Under the pieces are notes generated by a model. The model did not search any database, had not been told where the DNA came from, and saw only the letters and a list, made by a program, of their open reading frames with translations. Made by a program: the position numbers and the translations under genes. From Anthoceros angustus (Eukaryota > Plantae > Anthocerotophyta), in the NCBI GenBank assembly GCA_010909165.1, contig MU008223.1, positions 1 to 64,000 on the forward strand: a DNA stretch of 64,000 nt, read 5' to 3'. Positions 47,640 to 61,875 of this stretch are shown one piece after another; the first letter of the stretch is position 1; each line of letters starts with the position of its first letter.

Positions 47640-50600
47640 GAGATTTTGCCTTGTGCAGATGGTTGGAGGCACACGGAGCAAGGACGTTTTGGTTGTCTCT
47701 GATCCTAGAGAAGTAGGCAAGGTTGGCAAGAGGAAGCGCAACGACGAGCAAGCCAAGACCCGCTCCGCCGATCGCCCAACTGCGGATCCGATTCCAGCAA
47801 GCGAGGAGGAGGAGATCGTCCCGGCGAGTGCTAAATGCAAGAAGGCCTCAAGTCCACCTCCGTCCACAGTGGAGGAAGACCCACGAGGCCTAGTGGAGGC
47901 GTGGCTATCGATAAGTCGGTGATCAACACGATGCTAGAGGGAAATCTCGAGGAACAATGGCTGGAGGCAAGCCTTCTATAAGTGCAGCAGATTGCGGCAG
48001 TGCAAAGGTGGACCCAAACCACAAGCTAAGGCTGGGAGCTCTCACTCAAAAGCAAAGCATCATAATCTGGCAAGCTTCAATTGAGCGCTCCAACAATTGT
48101 GCCTCAAAGATTACCTCACGTTGAGCGCTGGCCCCTTCAATCGCAAGCAAAGTGTAATTGTGAAGAAACCGAGAGGTTGTCCACTCCAAGGTTCTTTTGG
48201 AGAATGAGTGGCATATTGTTATGCCCACCGCCTCGGATGATGAAGATAAGCCTTCCCTCTCGTGGCGCTTTGGGTGAGTGGATTGAGGTTGCAAATGCCA
48301 ATCAAGCATTGAGGCGGTTGGATAATCTGGGCTTGGCTGTCCACAATTGAGGCAGATATTACAATGGAGATCCTGCACGGTGAGGCTGGGCGCCTTTGTG
48401 TGACTCAAAGACGACTATAGGATGCTCGTTTGACCCTAGATAAAGTGGAAGCAGCGGTTGCACCGCAGATGTGAAGATCAAGCTCAAGGCCGCCCAGCAC
48501 GTGGAGGATGTGAGTCCTAACCACTTTTATTTTTCATGCTTGTTTCTTAGACTTTAAAAGGAGGGTGCACCGGGCTACCACGCACCCGCAGGCAGGGTGC
48601 GCCGGCCTACCATCGCACCCAAAGGTAGGCTGCGCCGGCGTACCAGCGCACCCTCTTTTATTTCTAAATTGTTCATCGGTTTTGAGGAGGGTGCACAGGC
48701 CTATGGCGCACCCTACGCCAACCTGCCAGCACACCCTACCTATGGGTTTATGGCTTGCCGGTGCACCCTACCTGTGGGTGCGTGGCAGACAATGAGGGTG
48801 TGCCAAGAGGCCGGCGCACCATCGTTATTTTCTTAGTTATCCTTTGGTTTTTTGTAGGGTGGGCTAGCTTACCAAGGAGGGTGCACAGGGTACCAGCGCA
48901 CCCTCCCTCTTGTTTTCTCTCTTTACATCTTGGGATTTGTTTATGGTGAACGTTACTAGCTGAGTATAGCTTCTAGTTTTGTTCCTAACTTTCATGTTTC
49001 ATTCATACCAGAATGGGGAGGTTTTCTATAGCATAATCCTATGGTTCATCATGGATGGAATCAATGACAGCCCACTTTTGAAGGATGAGGGACAAGGCAT
49101 CCAGTCTCTTTGGACACCATGTCGCAAGCTCTGTTCTTCCGGTTGGTGGGAAGCGGGTGAATTTTCAGACCAGCTGAACATTGAAGAGGATGTAGCGATG
49201 ATCAACTGGGACAAGGATGCATCCGAGGAAGATGAGGATGTTGGATGCGGAGCAGTTTGAATGTTGAGGGGCGGGAAGAGGTCGAGTTAGAGGATGACTC
49301 TCTTGCTCCGCTAACCTCACCGACCTAGAGGCCACGAGGGAGAGGTTGAATCGGACCTTTGTGGCATATCACCGTGATCTGAGCCCTTTGGCCCCTAAAG
49401 ACATGGGCATGAAGGCGCGGCAGCGGTGTGGTAAGGGAAAGGCAACCGGTGGTGAGGAGAAGGAAGCAAGAAAGCAACCAATGAGAAATCACCTAAATCA
49501 AAGAAGAAGAAGGTGAAATCTCCTACTATTCGACCAATGTCAACGGACGAGGATAGGTTGCGCAAGATGTTGTGCAAAAGGATCCCTTGAACCTTAGTGC
49601 TAAGAAGAAGAAGATCCAGCCCACAATCATCCCTCTTCCTCGAGGAGTGCGGAATATCGACCCAAGATGCCATGATCCGAAGAATCGACACCTCCTGGTC
49701 CAGCTTCCTCGAGCGGGAGATTCGCAAGGGCATGTGGAAGAGGGCGTCTTGCCCATCTTGGTCATGGTGGACCCTCAGCGGTGTCCGGAAAAGCGGATGA
49801 ACTGATGTTTGAGAAGGAAGAGTACACTTTTGGCGTGCTTGGCGGCAACCATTGTTTCAGTGTGAGGAGCCTCACCACGCAATTCCCAACCTTGCAGTAC
49901 AAGTATATGGAGGGTCACATGTATGCGAGGCTAACCAGAGATGAGGGTGCGGCAATGAGACCACAATGTGATAGCGGACAGGAGGAAGAAGATGACGTTC
50001 ATTGAACAAGTTCGCTATGTGAAAGACGAGCTGGAGATCTTGAAGAGCCAGGGCATCTCAAAGCCGTCTTTGGACTGGAAGTGGGATCTGTACAGGTTGC
50101 TGGGGCTTGTGGAGCATGCTAGTACCGATGCGCCGCGGAGTGTGAAGCAAAAAGGTTGACCATAAGACATTGATACTCCGCATTGCAAAGTGCAGTGGTC
50201 TGGTTTGGTCAAATGTGAATGAGATATTCACAAGATGGGAGAAGTTGGAATTGCGAGCAAAAGCACCAAGCTGGCTGGGGTGTCTAAACGTCAAAGCCCT
50301 AGCAAACTGGACAGGAAGAGCAATCAAGTGCAGCGGGACAAAAAGACATATGTGGCAAGATGTTTAGGTGCTTCCGGGAGTTCCGGATGGGAAGTAGGGA
50401 GAAAATGTTGTTGAGCGCACGGAGAAAGTCATCCAGGGCACTTGGACTTGAAAGGCATGTATCTTGAGGTGCAACAGGAAGCATCTCCACGTAATTCGAT
50501 GACCATGGCCAAGCACCTAAGTTGCAACGCTTTGGAAGTACAGCAAAAGTATCCAAGCACGCCGAGATGATGATGTCGCAAGTTTCAAAGCTGCTTTGAG

Positions 50601-53600
50601 ATTGTGGTAAGTTATTGTTCATGCGTTTTGTGCTCTCCGGTGCCCCCGTGCCATGCACCCTTTGGTTTTTGTGCCTTGAGCTTTGGTTGTGGAGTGCGCC
50701 CGTTGTGTCGCACTCTTTTGAGGGTGCGCCCATCGGCACACTCTATTTTGTTCTTTCGGTTTGAGGAGGGTGCACAGGCCTATGGCGCACCCACGCCAAC
50801 CCGCCAGACACCACCGGTGGGTTTATGGCTTGCCGGTGCACCACTGGGGTGCAGTAGGTGGACAATGAGGGTGTGCCGAGGCGCACCATCGTTATTTTCT
50901 TAGTTATCCTTTGGTTTTTGTAGGGTGGGCTAGCTTACCAAGGAGGAGGGTGCGCAGGTACCAGCACCCTCCTCTTGTTTTCTCTCTTTACATCTTGGGA
51001 TTTGTTTATGGTGAGCGTTACTATGAGTATAGCTTCTAGTTTTGTTCCTAACTTTCATATTTCATTCATACCGAATGGGGAGGTTTTCTATAGCATAATC
51101 CTACGGTTCATCGTGGATGGAATCAATGACAGCCCACTTTTGAAGGATGAGGACAAGGCATCCAAAGTCTCTTTGGACACCATGTCGCAAGCTCTGTTCT
51201 TCCGTGGGAAGCGGGTGAATTTTCAGACCAGCTGAACATTGAAGAGGATGTAGCGATGATCAACTGGGGACAAGGATGCATCCGAGGAAGATGAGGATGT
51301 TGGACGGAGGTGTTTGAATGTTGAGGGGCGGGAAGAGGTCGAGTTAGAGGATGACTCTCTTGCTCCGCTAACCTCACCGACCTAGAGGCCACGAGGGAGA
51401 GGTTGAATCACCTTTGTGGCATATCACGGGATCTCGAGCCCTTTGGCCCCTAAAGACATGGGCATGAAGGCGCCAAACGCAGTGGGTAAGGGAAAGGCAA
51501 CCAGACCGGTGAGGAGAAGGAAGCAAGAAAGCAACCAATGAGAAATCACCTAAGCATCAAAGAAGAAGAAGGTGAAATCTCCTACTATTCGACCAATGTC
51601 AACGGACGAGGATAGGTTGCAGCAAGATGTTGTGCAAAAGGATCCCTTGCGCGAGAGTGCTAAGAAGAAGAAGATCCAGCCCACAACAGCAATCATCCCT
51701 CTTCACGCTCGAGGAGTGCGGAATATCGACCCAAGATGCCATGATCCAAGAATCGACACCTCTGGTCCAGCTTCCTCGAGCGGGAGATTCGCAAGGGGCA
51801 TGTGGAAGAGGGCGTCTTGCCCATCTTGGTCATGGTGGACCCTCGGTGTCCGACCCGGAAGACCGGGATGAACTGATGTTTGAGAAGGAAGAGTACACTT
51901 TTGGCGTGCTTGGCAACCATTGTTTCAGTGTGAGGAGCCTCACCGCAATTCCCAACCTTGCCTGACAAGTATATGGAGGGTCACATGTATGCGTGTGGCT
52001 AACACAAAGAAGAGATGAGGGTGCGGCAATGACCACAATGTGATAGCGGACGGAGGAAGAAGATGACGTTCATTGAACAAGTTCGCTATGTGAAAGACGA
52101 GCTGGAGATCTTGAAGAGCTGTGGCATCTCAAAGCCGTCTTTGACCGGAAGTGGATCAGATGTGTTGGGGCTTGTGGAGCATGCTAGTACCGGCTGGAGT
52201 GTGAAGCAAAAAGGTTGACCAAGACATTGATACTCCGCATTGCAAAGTGCGTGGTCTGGTTTTGGTCAAATGTGAATGAGATATTCACAAGATGGGAGAA
52301 GTTGGAATTGCGAGCAAAAGCACCAAGCTGGCTGGGGTGTCTAAACGTCAAAGCCCTAGCAAACTGGACAGGAAGAGCAATCAAGTGCAGCGGGACAAAA
52401 AGACATATGTGGCAAGATGTTTAGGTGCTTCCGGGAGTTCCGGATGGGAAGTAGGGAGAAAATGTTGTTGAGCGCACGGAGAAAGTCATCCAGGGCACTT
52501 GGACTTGAAAGGCATGTATCTTGAGGTGCAACAGGAAGCATCTCCACGTAATTCGATGACCATGGCCAAGCACCTAAGTTGCAACGCTTTGGAAGTACAG
52601 CAAAAGTATCCAAGCACGCCGAGATGATGATGTCGCAAGTTTCAAAGCTGCTTTGAGATTGTGGTAAGTTATTGTTCATGCGTTTTGTGCTCTCCGGTGC
52701 CCCCGTGCCATGCACCCTTTGGTTTTGTGCCTTGAGCTTTGGTTGTGGAGTGCGCCCGTTGTGTCGCACTCTTTTGAGGGTGCGCCCATCGGCACACCTC
52801 TATTTTGTTCTTTCGGTTTGAGTAGAGTTTGCGGTAGGCCGCCTAGCGCACCATCCATTTTATTCTTCATTGTTTTGGTTACATGGAGGGCTGGTAGGCG
52901 ACGTACCCTCAAAGAGTGTGCACCGCCTACCCTCCATTTTCTTTTTATTTGTTTTGGTTGTGGAGGGTACGCTGGTAGGCGGCGCCTTTGTCTTTCAATG
53001 TCGCCTATTGGCGCACACTCCATTGTTCTTTCTTTGCTTTGGATTTGAGCGGTCGACCTATCTCTATATATTTCTTTCTTTGCTTTGATTTTGAGCGGAG
53101 CGGCCTACCCTCTCTTTTTGTGCGGTTTGGTTTTGACAAGAGTACAACGCCTGGTGTGGGTTTGCTGGACTATTGGCGCACCTTCTTTCTTTATCGTTTG
53201 CATTGGTTTGCGCCCATAGGCCAGCACCCATAGTAAGTCGCGACCAAGCGCACACCCTCCATTTGTGTCGTGTGTTTCGCTTTGGTTTTAGGGTGCTCTT
53301 GTTTGCTTTTCTTACGCGTGGAGGTTAAAAAATGGTTTCATGGCTGCCTCTATTCAGAAACCATCGGATGTGAATGTGTTGAAGAACCTTCCCAATATTT
53401 TCCAGGACTGGATCTTGGCTGCGAAAGCCTGGAAGAAGATGGAAGTGGAGGCTCGACAATTGGCAGGAAGCTCAATAGACAATGAGCTGCGAGTTCATTG
53501 TCCCTTCTGAAAAAATGACCTATCAGATTTTCAACAGGCCCATGGAGGAGTTGCTTGGTTTTGGGCGGAAGAGGAACTACACCCTTGATCATGGACCTGC

Positions 53601-56541
53601 CAAGGGACATGGCTTGGGTTCAAATGATGCTCGGTGTTACCCGGAGGTTCTTTTGGCAATACTTAATCACTTCATGGAGATCACTGGCTGCAGACATTTG
53701 GTGGTGGTCCTTCATGGTGCAGATCGGATGGTGGATGTCCATGAAGCAATGCGAGGTTGCAAGTCCGGCAAGATGTTGACATTTGTCTGGGAGAAGACTA
53801 ATGTTAGGGAAGACAATCAGGTGTACAACAACTCGGATTATATTACTGTGGGTTCAGGTTTGAAGCCAAGTTCGGAACTTTCAACTGCGCCTCTGTTGCC
53901 CTTTGGCATCACATTGGGGTACCAAGGCATGGGTTCCGTGATCAAGTGCGATCGGTTGTGAAGAAGCTGGTGTACTCAGCAATGGATAGGAGAGTGGTTT
54001 CTCCGTGTCGGGCGGTGTCCACACTCATCCAAACCTTCTCCATAGGAGGCGGGTTATTACGGGTTTGCGGGAGTGGCTCGGCGGCTTTGGCTGCCCCTGA
54101 ATGGGAGAAATGTGATAGCGGTGGATTCGGACCACCGTTGTGCAATGTTCATCACCCAGTAGCATAGTCGGCTATCATGCTTTCCCAAACGTCAATGAAG
54201 AACTAAATATGCTTCCGTTTAAGCGTGGGAAAGGATCTTTTGGCCAAAGGAGATCGTCGGGATGAACCTTATTCCTTGTGGGGTGTCATTGAACATGGTT
54301 TCTAAACGCCCTACCATAGTCTGCTAGTGTTGGAGGCGGTCAAATCACTCGAATAGGGCGGATGTGCAAGGTGACAAGGATGGCGAGGAAGATGAAGCGA
54401 GGCTCCTCCGAGCCTGTGGCACCAATGATCGACTTGGGTGCTGATTTGGACGACTGGGAATGACAAGGTGGTCGTTCAAAACACAGGACCAAAACATGGA
54501 GGATGCTTGATGCGGACGGGGAGAACCCTTCTTTGTCTGGACATACCCACGATCAAGTATTGCGGGCTTTAGGGTTATCCTAGTTATAAATGAGCAGACC
54601 ACATTGGTTACCTCTAACTAGGCCTAAGCTATTAATGTAGTTACACAACCCTTCGTAATTGTTTAAATGCCCACCTATGATCCGGAAAATTAATTCATTG
54701 TTAATATAGCTTACATTTGATGCAAGACACTTCCATGGCACCTCTAACTTGGTATCGAGCAATGATCCGGACTTGCTTGCTATCTCTTTCTTCGCTTTGA
54801 GTAGAGTTTGCGGTAGGCGACTATGACGCACCATCCATTTTATTCTTCATTGTTTTGGTTACATGGAGGGTACGCTGGTAGGCGTGTACCCTCAAAGAGT
54901 GTGCACCGCCTACCGGTGCCTACCCTCCATTTTCTTTTTATTTGTTTTGGTTGTTCAGTGCGGTAGGCGGCGCCTTTATCTTCAATAGGTCTTGGCCTAT
55001 TGGCGCACACTCCATTTTATTCTTTCTTTGCTTTGGATTTGGCAGTCACGGCGCATCTTCTTTCTTTTGCTTTGATTTTGAGTGAGGCCTACCTCTCTTT
55101 TTGTGCCGGTTTGGTTTTGACAAGAGTACAACTGGTGTGGGTTTGCTGGACTATTGGCGCACCTTCTTTCTTTATCGTTTGCATTGGTTTGCGCCCATAG
55201 GCCAGCACCCATAGTAAGTCGCCATAAGCACCCTCCATTTGTGTCGTGTGTTTCGCTTTGGTTTTAGGGTGCTCTTGTTTGCTTTTCTTACGCGTGGAGG
55301 TTAAACAATGGTTTCATGGCTGCCTCTATTCGAAACCATCGGATGTGAATGTGTTGAAGAACCTTCCCAATATTTTCCAGATCTTGGATCCAAGCACGGA
55401 AGAAGATGGAAGTGGAGGCTCGTTGGCAGCTCAATAGACAATGAGCTGCGAGTTCATTGTCCCGGTTCGTGAAAAAATGAGCTATCAGTTTTCAACAGCC
55501 CATGGAGGAGTTGCTTGGTTTTGGGCGGAAGAGGAACTACACCCTTGATCATGGACCTGCCAAGGGACATGGCTTGGGTTCAAATGATGCTCGTGTTGTT
55601 ACCTCGGAGGTTCTTTTCTTAATCACTTCATGGAGATCCTGGCTGCGAGACATTTGGTGGTCCTTCATGGTGCGGTCGGATGGTGGATGTCCATGAAGCA
55701 ATGCGCCGGGTTGCAAGTCCGGCAAGATGTTGACATTTGTCCGAGAAGACTAATGTTAGGGAAGACAATCGGTGTACAACAACTCGGATTATATTCGTGG
55801 GTTCAGTTTGAAGCCGGTTGAACTTTCACCTCTGTTGCCTTTGGCATCACATTGGGGTACCAAGGCATGGGTTCCGTGATCAAGTGCGATCATTGTGAAG
55901 AAGCGGTGTACTCGGAATGGATAGGAGAGTGGTTTCTCCGTATCGAGCGGTGATGTCCACACTCATCCAAACCTTCTCCATAGGAGGCGGGTTATTGACG
56001 GGTTTGCGGGAGTGGCTCGGCTTTGGCTGCCCTGGAATGGGAGAAATGTGATAGCGGTGGATTCGGACCACCGTTGTGCAATGTTCATCACCCAGCGCAT
56101 AGTGCTATCATGCTTTCCCAAAGCGTCAATGAAGAACTAAATATGCTTCCGTTTAAGCGTGGGAAAGGATCCTTTTGGCCAAAGGAGATCTGTCTGGGGA
56201 TGAACCTTATTCCTTGTGGGGTGTCATTGAACATGGTTTCTAAACGCCCGCCCTACCATAGTCTGCTAGTGTTGGAGGCAGGTCAAATCACTCTGAATAG
56301 GGCTTCAGATGTGCAAGGTGACAAGGATGGCGAGGAAGATGAAGCTGAGGCTCCTCCAGAGCCTGTGGCACCAATGATCGACTTGGGTGCTGATTTGGAC
56401 GACTTCGGGGGGAATGACAAGGTGGTCGTTCAAAACACAAAGGACCAAAACATGGAGGATGCTTCTGATGCGGACAGGGAGAACCCTTCTTTGTCTGTGG
56501 ACATACCCACAGTCAAGTATTGCGGGCTTTAGGGTTATCCT
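47640..56541 (+). pseudogene. ParB-MTase gene, copy 2, with duplicated ParB exon (49012-50606, about 51073-52663) and duplicated MTase exon (about 53324-54580, about 55300-56541)
   Basis: Same motifs as copy 1 (GVLGGNHC; IMDLP; STLIQTFSIGG..GSGS). Donors GTGAGT 48510, GTAAGT 50607 and 52664. Acceptor CAG at 49009-49011. Acidic C-terminal tail in ORF 56023-56532. Confidence 0.75.
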
Positions 56542-57718
56542 AGTTATAAATGAGCAGACCACATTGGTTACTTCTAACTAGGCCTAAGCTATTAATGTAG
56601 TTACACAACCCTTCGTAATTGTTTAAATGCCCACCTATGATCCAGAAAATTAATTCATTGTTAATATAGCTTACATTTGATGCAAGACACTTCCATGGCA
56701 CCTCTAACTTGGTATCGAGCAATGATCCGGACTTGCTTGCTATCTCTTTCTTCGCTTCTAGTATAGGGAAATAGGAGATAGCATATCATATTAAATTTGT
56801 GATGTTCTTTAGAGTATTATGGACCCTTATGGTCTATGGTTTACGTCTTAGGAATATAAAGATGCAAATGATATGCATAAGTTCAAGTAAGCAAATTTAC
56901 AAGATAAGGTTTTCTTCAATAGAGTATTCTTTAGGTAGATTCAGATGCTAGTCTAATTAGAATTTCTAATCAACAAGAAACGTATCTCTCTAGATCTAAA
57001 ATTCTTCAAGAGCATGTTGAGGCACATTCCCCATCCACGTCGATCCGTTCCACCGCTTAATCGTGGAGTTCCCTTAGAAACCGTGGAACTACCATGCTAC
57101 TCTTGTAGCTTACATAAACATAGGCTACAAATACACAAGAAAACAACTCCTCTATTTTCGTGATTTGAGGTTGCTGAATATGGGTTTAAGAACCCACCTT
57201 TGGGACCTTTGCCCGTATCGCTTCTCCCAATTTGCGACCTTCGCTCGCCTTGCTACCAACGAGATTTCAATCAATTCACAGCGAGCGGATGGCGGTGGCG
57301 CTCAAACATAGGATCCTAGCGAAGATTTGATGACCTATAGTGCTCCGGAGGGTATACGCATCCTTGCACCAATCCAGATCTTCTACCACTTTCTTTGGCG
57401 GGCTCAAGCACCCGGAGAAATCCGGTTGCTTTCTAATCGTCAAGAATTTGTTGGCTCGCTTTCGGCATCAAGGCTGGTTGGCAGCCATAGAGCAGCACAA
57501 TCACCGGATGGCTCTCATTGCATTCCTTACCCTACTGCCCAACCTGTGTTTCCCACATGAGTGGCGCAACCGATACTAGCTTGATTTCTCTCTCGGCTTG
57601 TTCATTTGGAGGATCCAACCGCCCAATGGGATCTCCTCCTTACTCGGATCTGAGGAGGACACCTTGGGATGCCCATCCAAGCCTCCGTGGTTGGAGGACC
57701 TTCTTATCAGGAGCATCT

Positions 57719-58720
57719 AGTTTGAGGTGCTTTGCGGAAGCGTTTGATCAAAGTTTAGTGCTTTACTAATTGATACAATGATTACAAGAGGTGGGCTTTT
57801 ATAGCCTGTGTATGAAGAGTTGTACCTCTTGATACAAGATACCAAAGGGTATGACCACGCTGGGTTAAGCTAAGCTAACCATAACCAACGCGGTCTGTAC
57901 TTCTAACTCTCCTCTCAGACTAGTTGGGTTATCTAAATCAAAGAACTAATAGTCATTTGTCATGGAGTATTGTATAAGTACTACGGTCTTCAACTAAACT
58001 CAACTCACCGATCGTCACGGTCACAAGTAAGATTGAAGCAAGCGGTCTACAATAGTCATCAACTTCAAGTAATCGAACGCTCGAGATAAGATGCGCCTCA
58101 CCAAATGTGGTGGTCCATGCAAAAGCGCTGATCAACCAATCCAAGCCCTTCTCTTGAAGCGGTGTTTGAACGGCAAGGTTTTTGTCGATATCGCTATATT
58201 GTTGCCGTATATGCTTAATAATTCCTCAGCGTCACGAATATAATGGCGTTGAATCTCAATATGCTTAATAATTCCTCAGCGAATATAATGGCGTTGAATC
58301 TCAATATGCGTGCGCGCATGAAAGACAGGATTAGCGACAAGAGCAATGGCTGACATATTGTCACAATTAAGCACTGTTGGCCCTTCCTGCTTCATATCCA
58401 AATCTTCACATAGCTTTCTTTCCCATTCAGCCTCTTTCGTGGCTTCAGTGAGTGCTTTGTACTCCGATTCTGTTGATGAAAGTGATATTGCAGCTTGTTT
58501 TCTACAAGACCAATTAACAAGAGTGGAGCCAGCAAGAAAGCAATATGCTGAGATACTTTTTCGGGTGTCAGCGTCTGAAGCCCAATCTACATTGACAAAG
58601 CATGTCAGTAGCAGATGCTTCTTTGCGCTAGGCTTGTAGCAGAGGCCATAATTTGGAGTACCCTTGAGGTACCGCATGATGCACTTGAGAGCAACCCAGT
58701 GATCCCCTACTAGAAAAGGG
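57719..58720 (-). mobile_element. Copia remnant (AG...CT 3' LTR, PPT, RNase H)
   Basis: ORF 58276-58860 contains HWVALKCIMRYLKGT, DWASDADTRKS, WSCRKQ..ISLSSTESEY and CDNMSAI. LTR 57719-57908. Confidence 0.92.
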
Positions 58721-60104
58721 CAGCCTATGTTACACTTTATGTTAAGATTTGGACCCTTGGATATAACAGTCATGTTGCAATTTTGGGGCCATGTAACACT
58801 TTTTGGGTCTCTTGTTACACTTTGGCTTGGAAACCAGACCACGGCTGTTGTTGCAATCATGATGCAATTATGTTAAGATGAAGTGAGAGGTGCTTTTGCA
58901 CTATCTCAAGATTGCAACATGATTGCAACATCTAAAGTGTTACAAGAGAGGTCTCGTAACACTTTTGTAGGCTTGGTACCGAACCTCCTCCCATCCACCA
59001 TTGCCCTTTTACTTTTGCCCTATGGAATACCACGTTTTATTTGGTAGTTACCATTGGTACATAATCGACCACATATAAATACTTGTATCAATACATCCTT
59101 CATACTATATGCATATAATCTACGGTGATAAATGTACTATATTATTTTAAGTGCTATCGCCGTATTCAATTTCGTATAAAAGAAGTTTGTATATCACGCA
59201 TATTACGTCGTCCTTTATACATATTCATGATACGATACTTTGTATTTACTATTTGTGAAAATATGGACGGCCCTTTATACCCCTACTTTGTAGCATACCG
59301 GCATGCGGTTTGTCCTTCCCACGTCACCAATAGCCATCGGCTTCCTGCCATGGCACCCACGAAGATACTGTCCCCACCTATCACCTTATTGTGACGCATC
59401 ACTGTGAGGTTATGGCCCTACAAGATTGTGCTATGCGGAGGCGATTTGGTATGCGCCGGCTTATGTTTTTCTGCCTCCATCTAAGGCACTTCCTACTCGT
59501 CATCGTATGCACATATAGGAAACTTCCGCCCTCCCGTTCGATTCGCAATTTTCTTCTTCCGCTTGCGTTCGATCGAGGCAAGCTTTGCCATTTCCATCGC
59601 TTCCCTCCCTGCCTTCTGCACGCACACTTTGCACATACAAACCAGCTTGCCCATCATGAGTTATCCAGCGTTAATGGGTTTCGACAAGAATGTCCATTTG
59701 CCTTACCTTGCAATCCCTCCTTTTTCTTCGCCCTTCTTGCTGGACATTTTCCTCTTCATCCTCGTTCTTCCGGTTGTCGCAGCCGTGCCCTTGTCACTCG
59801 CCCACCGCCGGCTGCCTCCTCTTCTCCTCCTCCCGTTTTCCTCTTTCGGCCTCCACCCTTTATCACATGTGGCGTTGCCTCAACTGGGCTCCATGTGGGT
59901 CCATGCTCTCGGCCGAGACGCAAGGTATGTATCTAGCACGAAATTAGGCACATCGTCCACTTCAGCACCCGCCTCCTCTGCTGCGTCCGTCCATGTTCTC
60001 TGCAGCGTCCCCACATCTGTCCCCCGGCCTCCATCTGCCTTTGGCCTTTGCCGATATCAAGCTGCTCTGCATGATGCCCTCTTAGTCCTCCATCATTCTC
60101 TCTC

Positions 60105-61875
60105 CCCTCGACAAGCGCCTCATGTTTATTACGCCTTTTGCCCTGCCCGACCATGCTGCTGGGTGATGCATTGTTGTCCGCCTCACCCGCTCCTCCCAAT
60201 CCCCGTGATTTTTGGCTGTCCATAGTGCACACAAGTGTGTTACTTCACAGTGACGATCGATCGCCCCTCTCCGTGCTCCAGACTCACCTTTGCACACACC
60301 ATCTTCCGCCTCCATCGTCGTCCTCCATCTCCTAGTGGCCTCCACTCTCCACGACAAAGGGTGACCCTACATAGGTAATACATGTATGTTAAGGTAGTAC
60401 ATAGGGTGATAAGGGTGACCCTATATAGGTAGGACAGGGTCCCTGCATGTATGTAGGTGGGTAGGACGGCGTGTCCCTACCCATGTAGGGTGTTAACAAG
60501 TAGGGGACGAGATGTAGGTAGTATGTAGGGCAGCCCTGGTCACCATGGGTAGCATGTAGGGGCAAGGGCTCCTACATTTAGGGTAGTTAGGAAGGTAGAT
60601 GGGTAGGATGAGAGTGTCTCCCTACCGTAGGGAGTGGTGAGGTCTCCCTAAAGTGAGTGGTGAGGTCTCCCCTCGACAAGCGCCTCATGTTTATTACGCC
60701 TTTTGCCCTGCCCGACCATGGCTGCGCTGGTGATGCATTGTCCGTCCTCCGCCACCCGCCTCCTCCCAATCCCCGTGATTTTTGGCTGTCCATAGTGCAC
60801 AAGTGTGTTACTTCACAGTGACGTGCAGTCGCCCCTCTCCGTGCTCCAACACCCGACTCTGCTTTTGCACACACCATCTTCCTGCCCTCCATCGGTCGTC
60901 CCATCGATCCTAGTGGCCTCCACTCTCCGCATACAAGGGTGACCCTACATAGGTAATACATGTATGTTAAGGTAGTACATAGGGTGATAAGGGTGACCCT
61001 ATATAGGTAGGACAGGGTCCCTGCATGTATGTAGGTGGGTAGGACAGGGTCCCTGCATGTATGTAGGTGTTAACAAGTAGGGGACGAGATGTAGGTAGTA
61101 TGTAGGGCAGCCCTGGTCACCATGGGTAGCATGTAGGGGCAAGGGCTCCTACATTTAGGGTAGTTAGGAAGGTAGATGGGTAGGATGAGAGTGTCTCCCT
61201 ACCGTAGGGAGTGGTGAGGTCTCCCTAAAGTGAGTGGTGAGGTCTCCCCTCGACAAGCGCCTCATGTTTATTACGCCTTTTGCCCTGCCCGACCATGGCT
61301 GCTGCTGGCTGATGCATTGTCCGTCCTCCGCCACCCGCTCCTCCCAATCCCCCTGTGATTTTTTGGCTGTCCATAGTGCACACAAGTGTGTTACTTCCTG
61401 GTGACGGTACAGTCGCCCTTCTCCGTGCTCCAGCACCCGACTCCTGCTTTGCACACACCATCTTCCTGCCCTCCATCGGCGTCGTCACTCCATCTGATCC
61501 TAGTGGCCTCCACTCTCCGCATACAAAGACCCTACATAGGTAATACATGTATGTTAAGGTAGTACATAGGGTGATAAGGGTGACCCTATATAGGTAGGAC
61601 AGGGGTCCCTGCATGTATGTAGGTGGGTAGGCGTGTGTCCCTACCCATGTAGGGTGTTAACAAGTAGGGGAGACGGAGATGTAGGTAGTATGTAGGGCAG
61701 CCCTGGTCACCCCATGGGTAGCATGTGGGGCAGCAAGGGCTCCTACATTTAGGGTAGTTAGGAAGGTAGATAGGTAGGATGAGAGTGTCTCCCTACCGTA
61801 GGGAGTGGTGAGGTCTCCCTACCGTAGGGAGTGGTGAGGTCTCCCTACCGTAGGGAGTGGTGAGGTCTCCCTACA
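60105..61875. repeat. Three tandem ~580-bp units ending in the 26-bp minisatellite
   Basis: CCCCTCGACAAGCGCCTCATG restarts at about 60105, 60670 and 61248. Confidence 0.85.
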
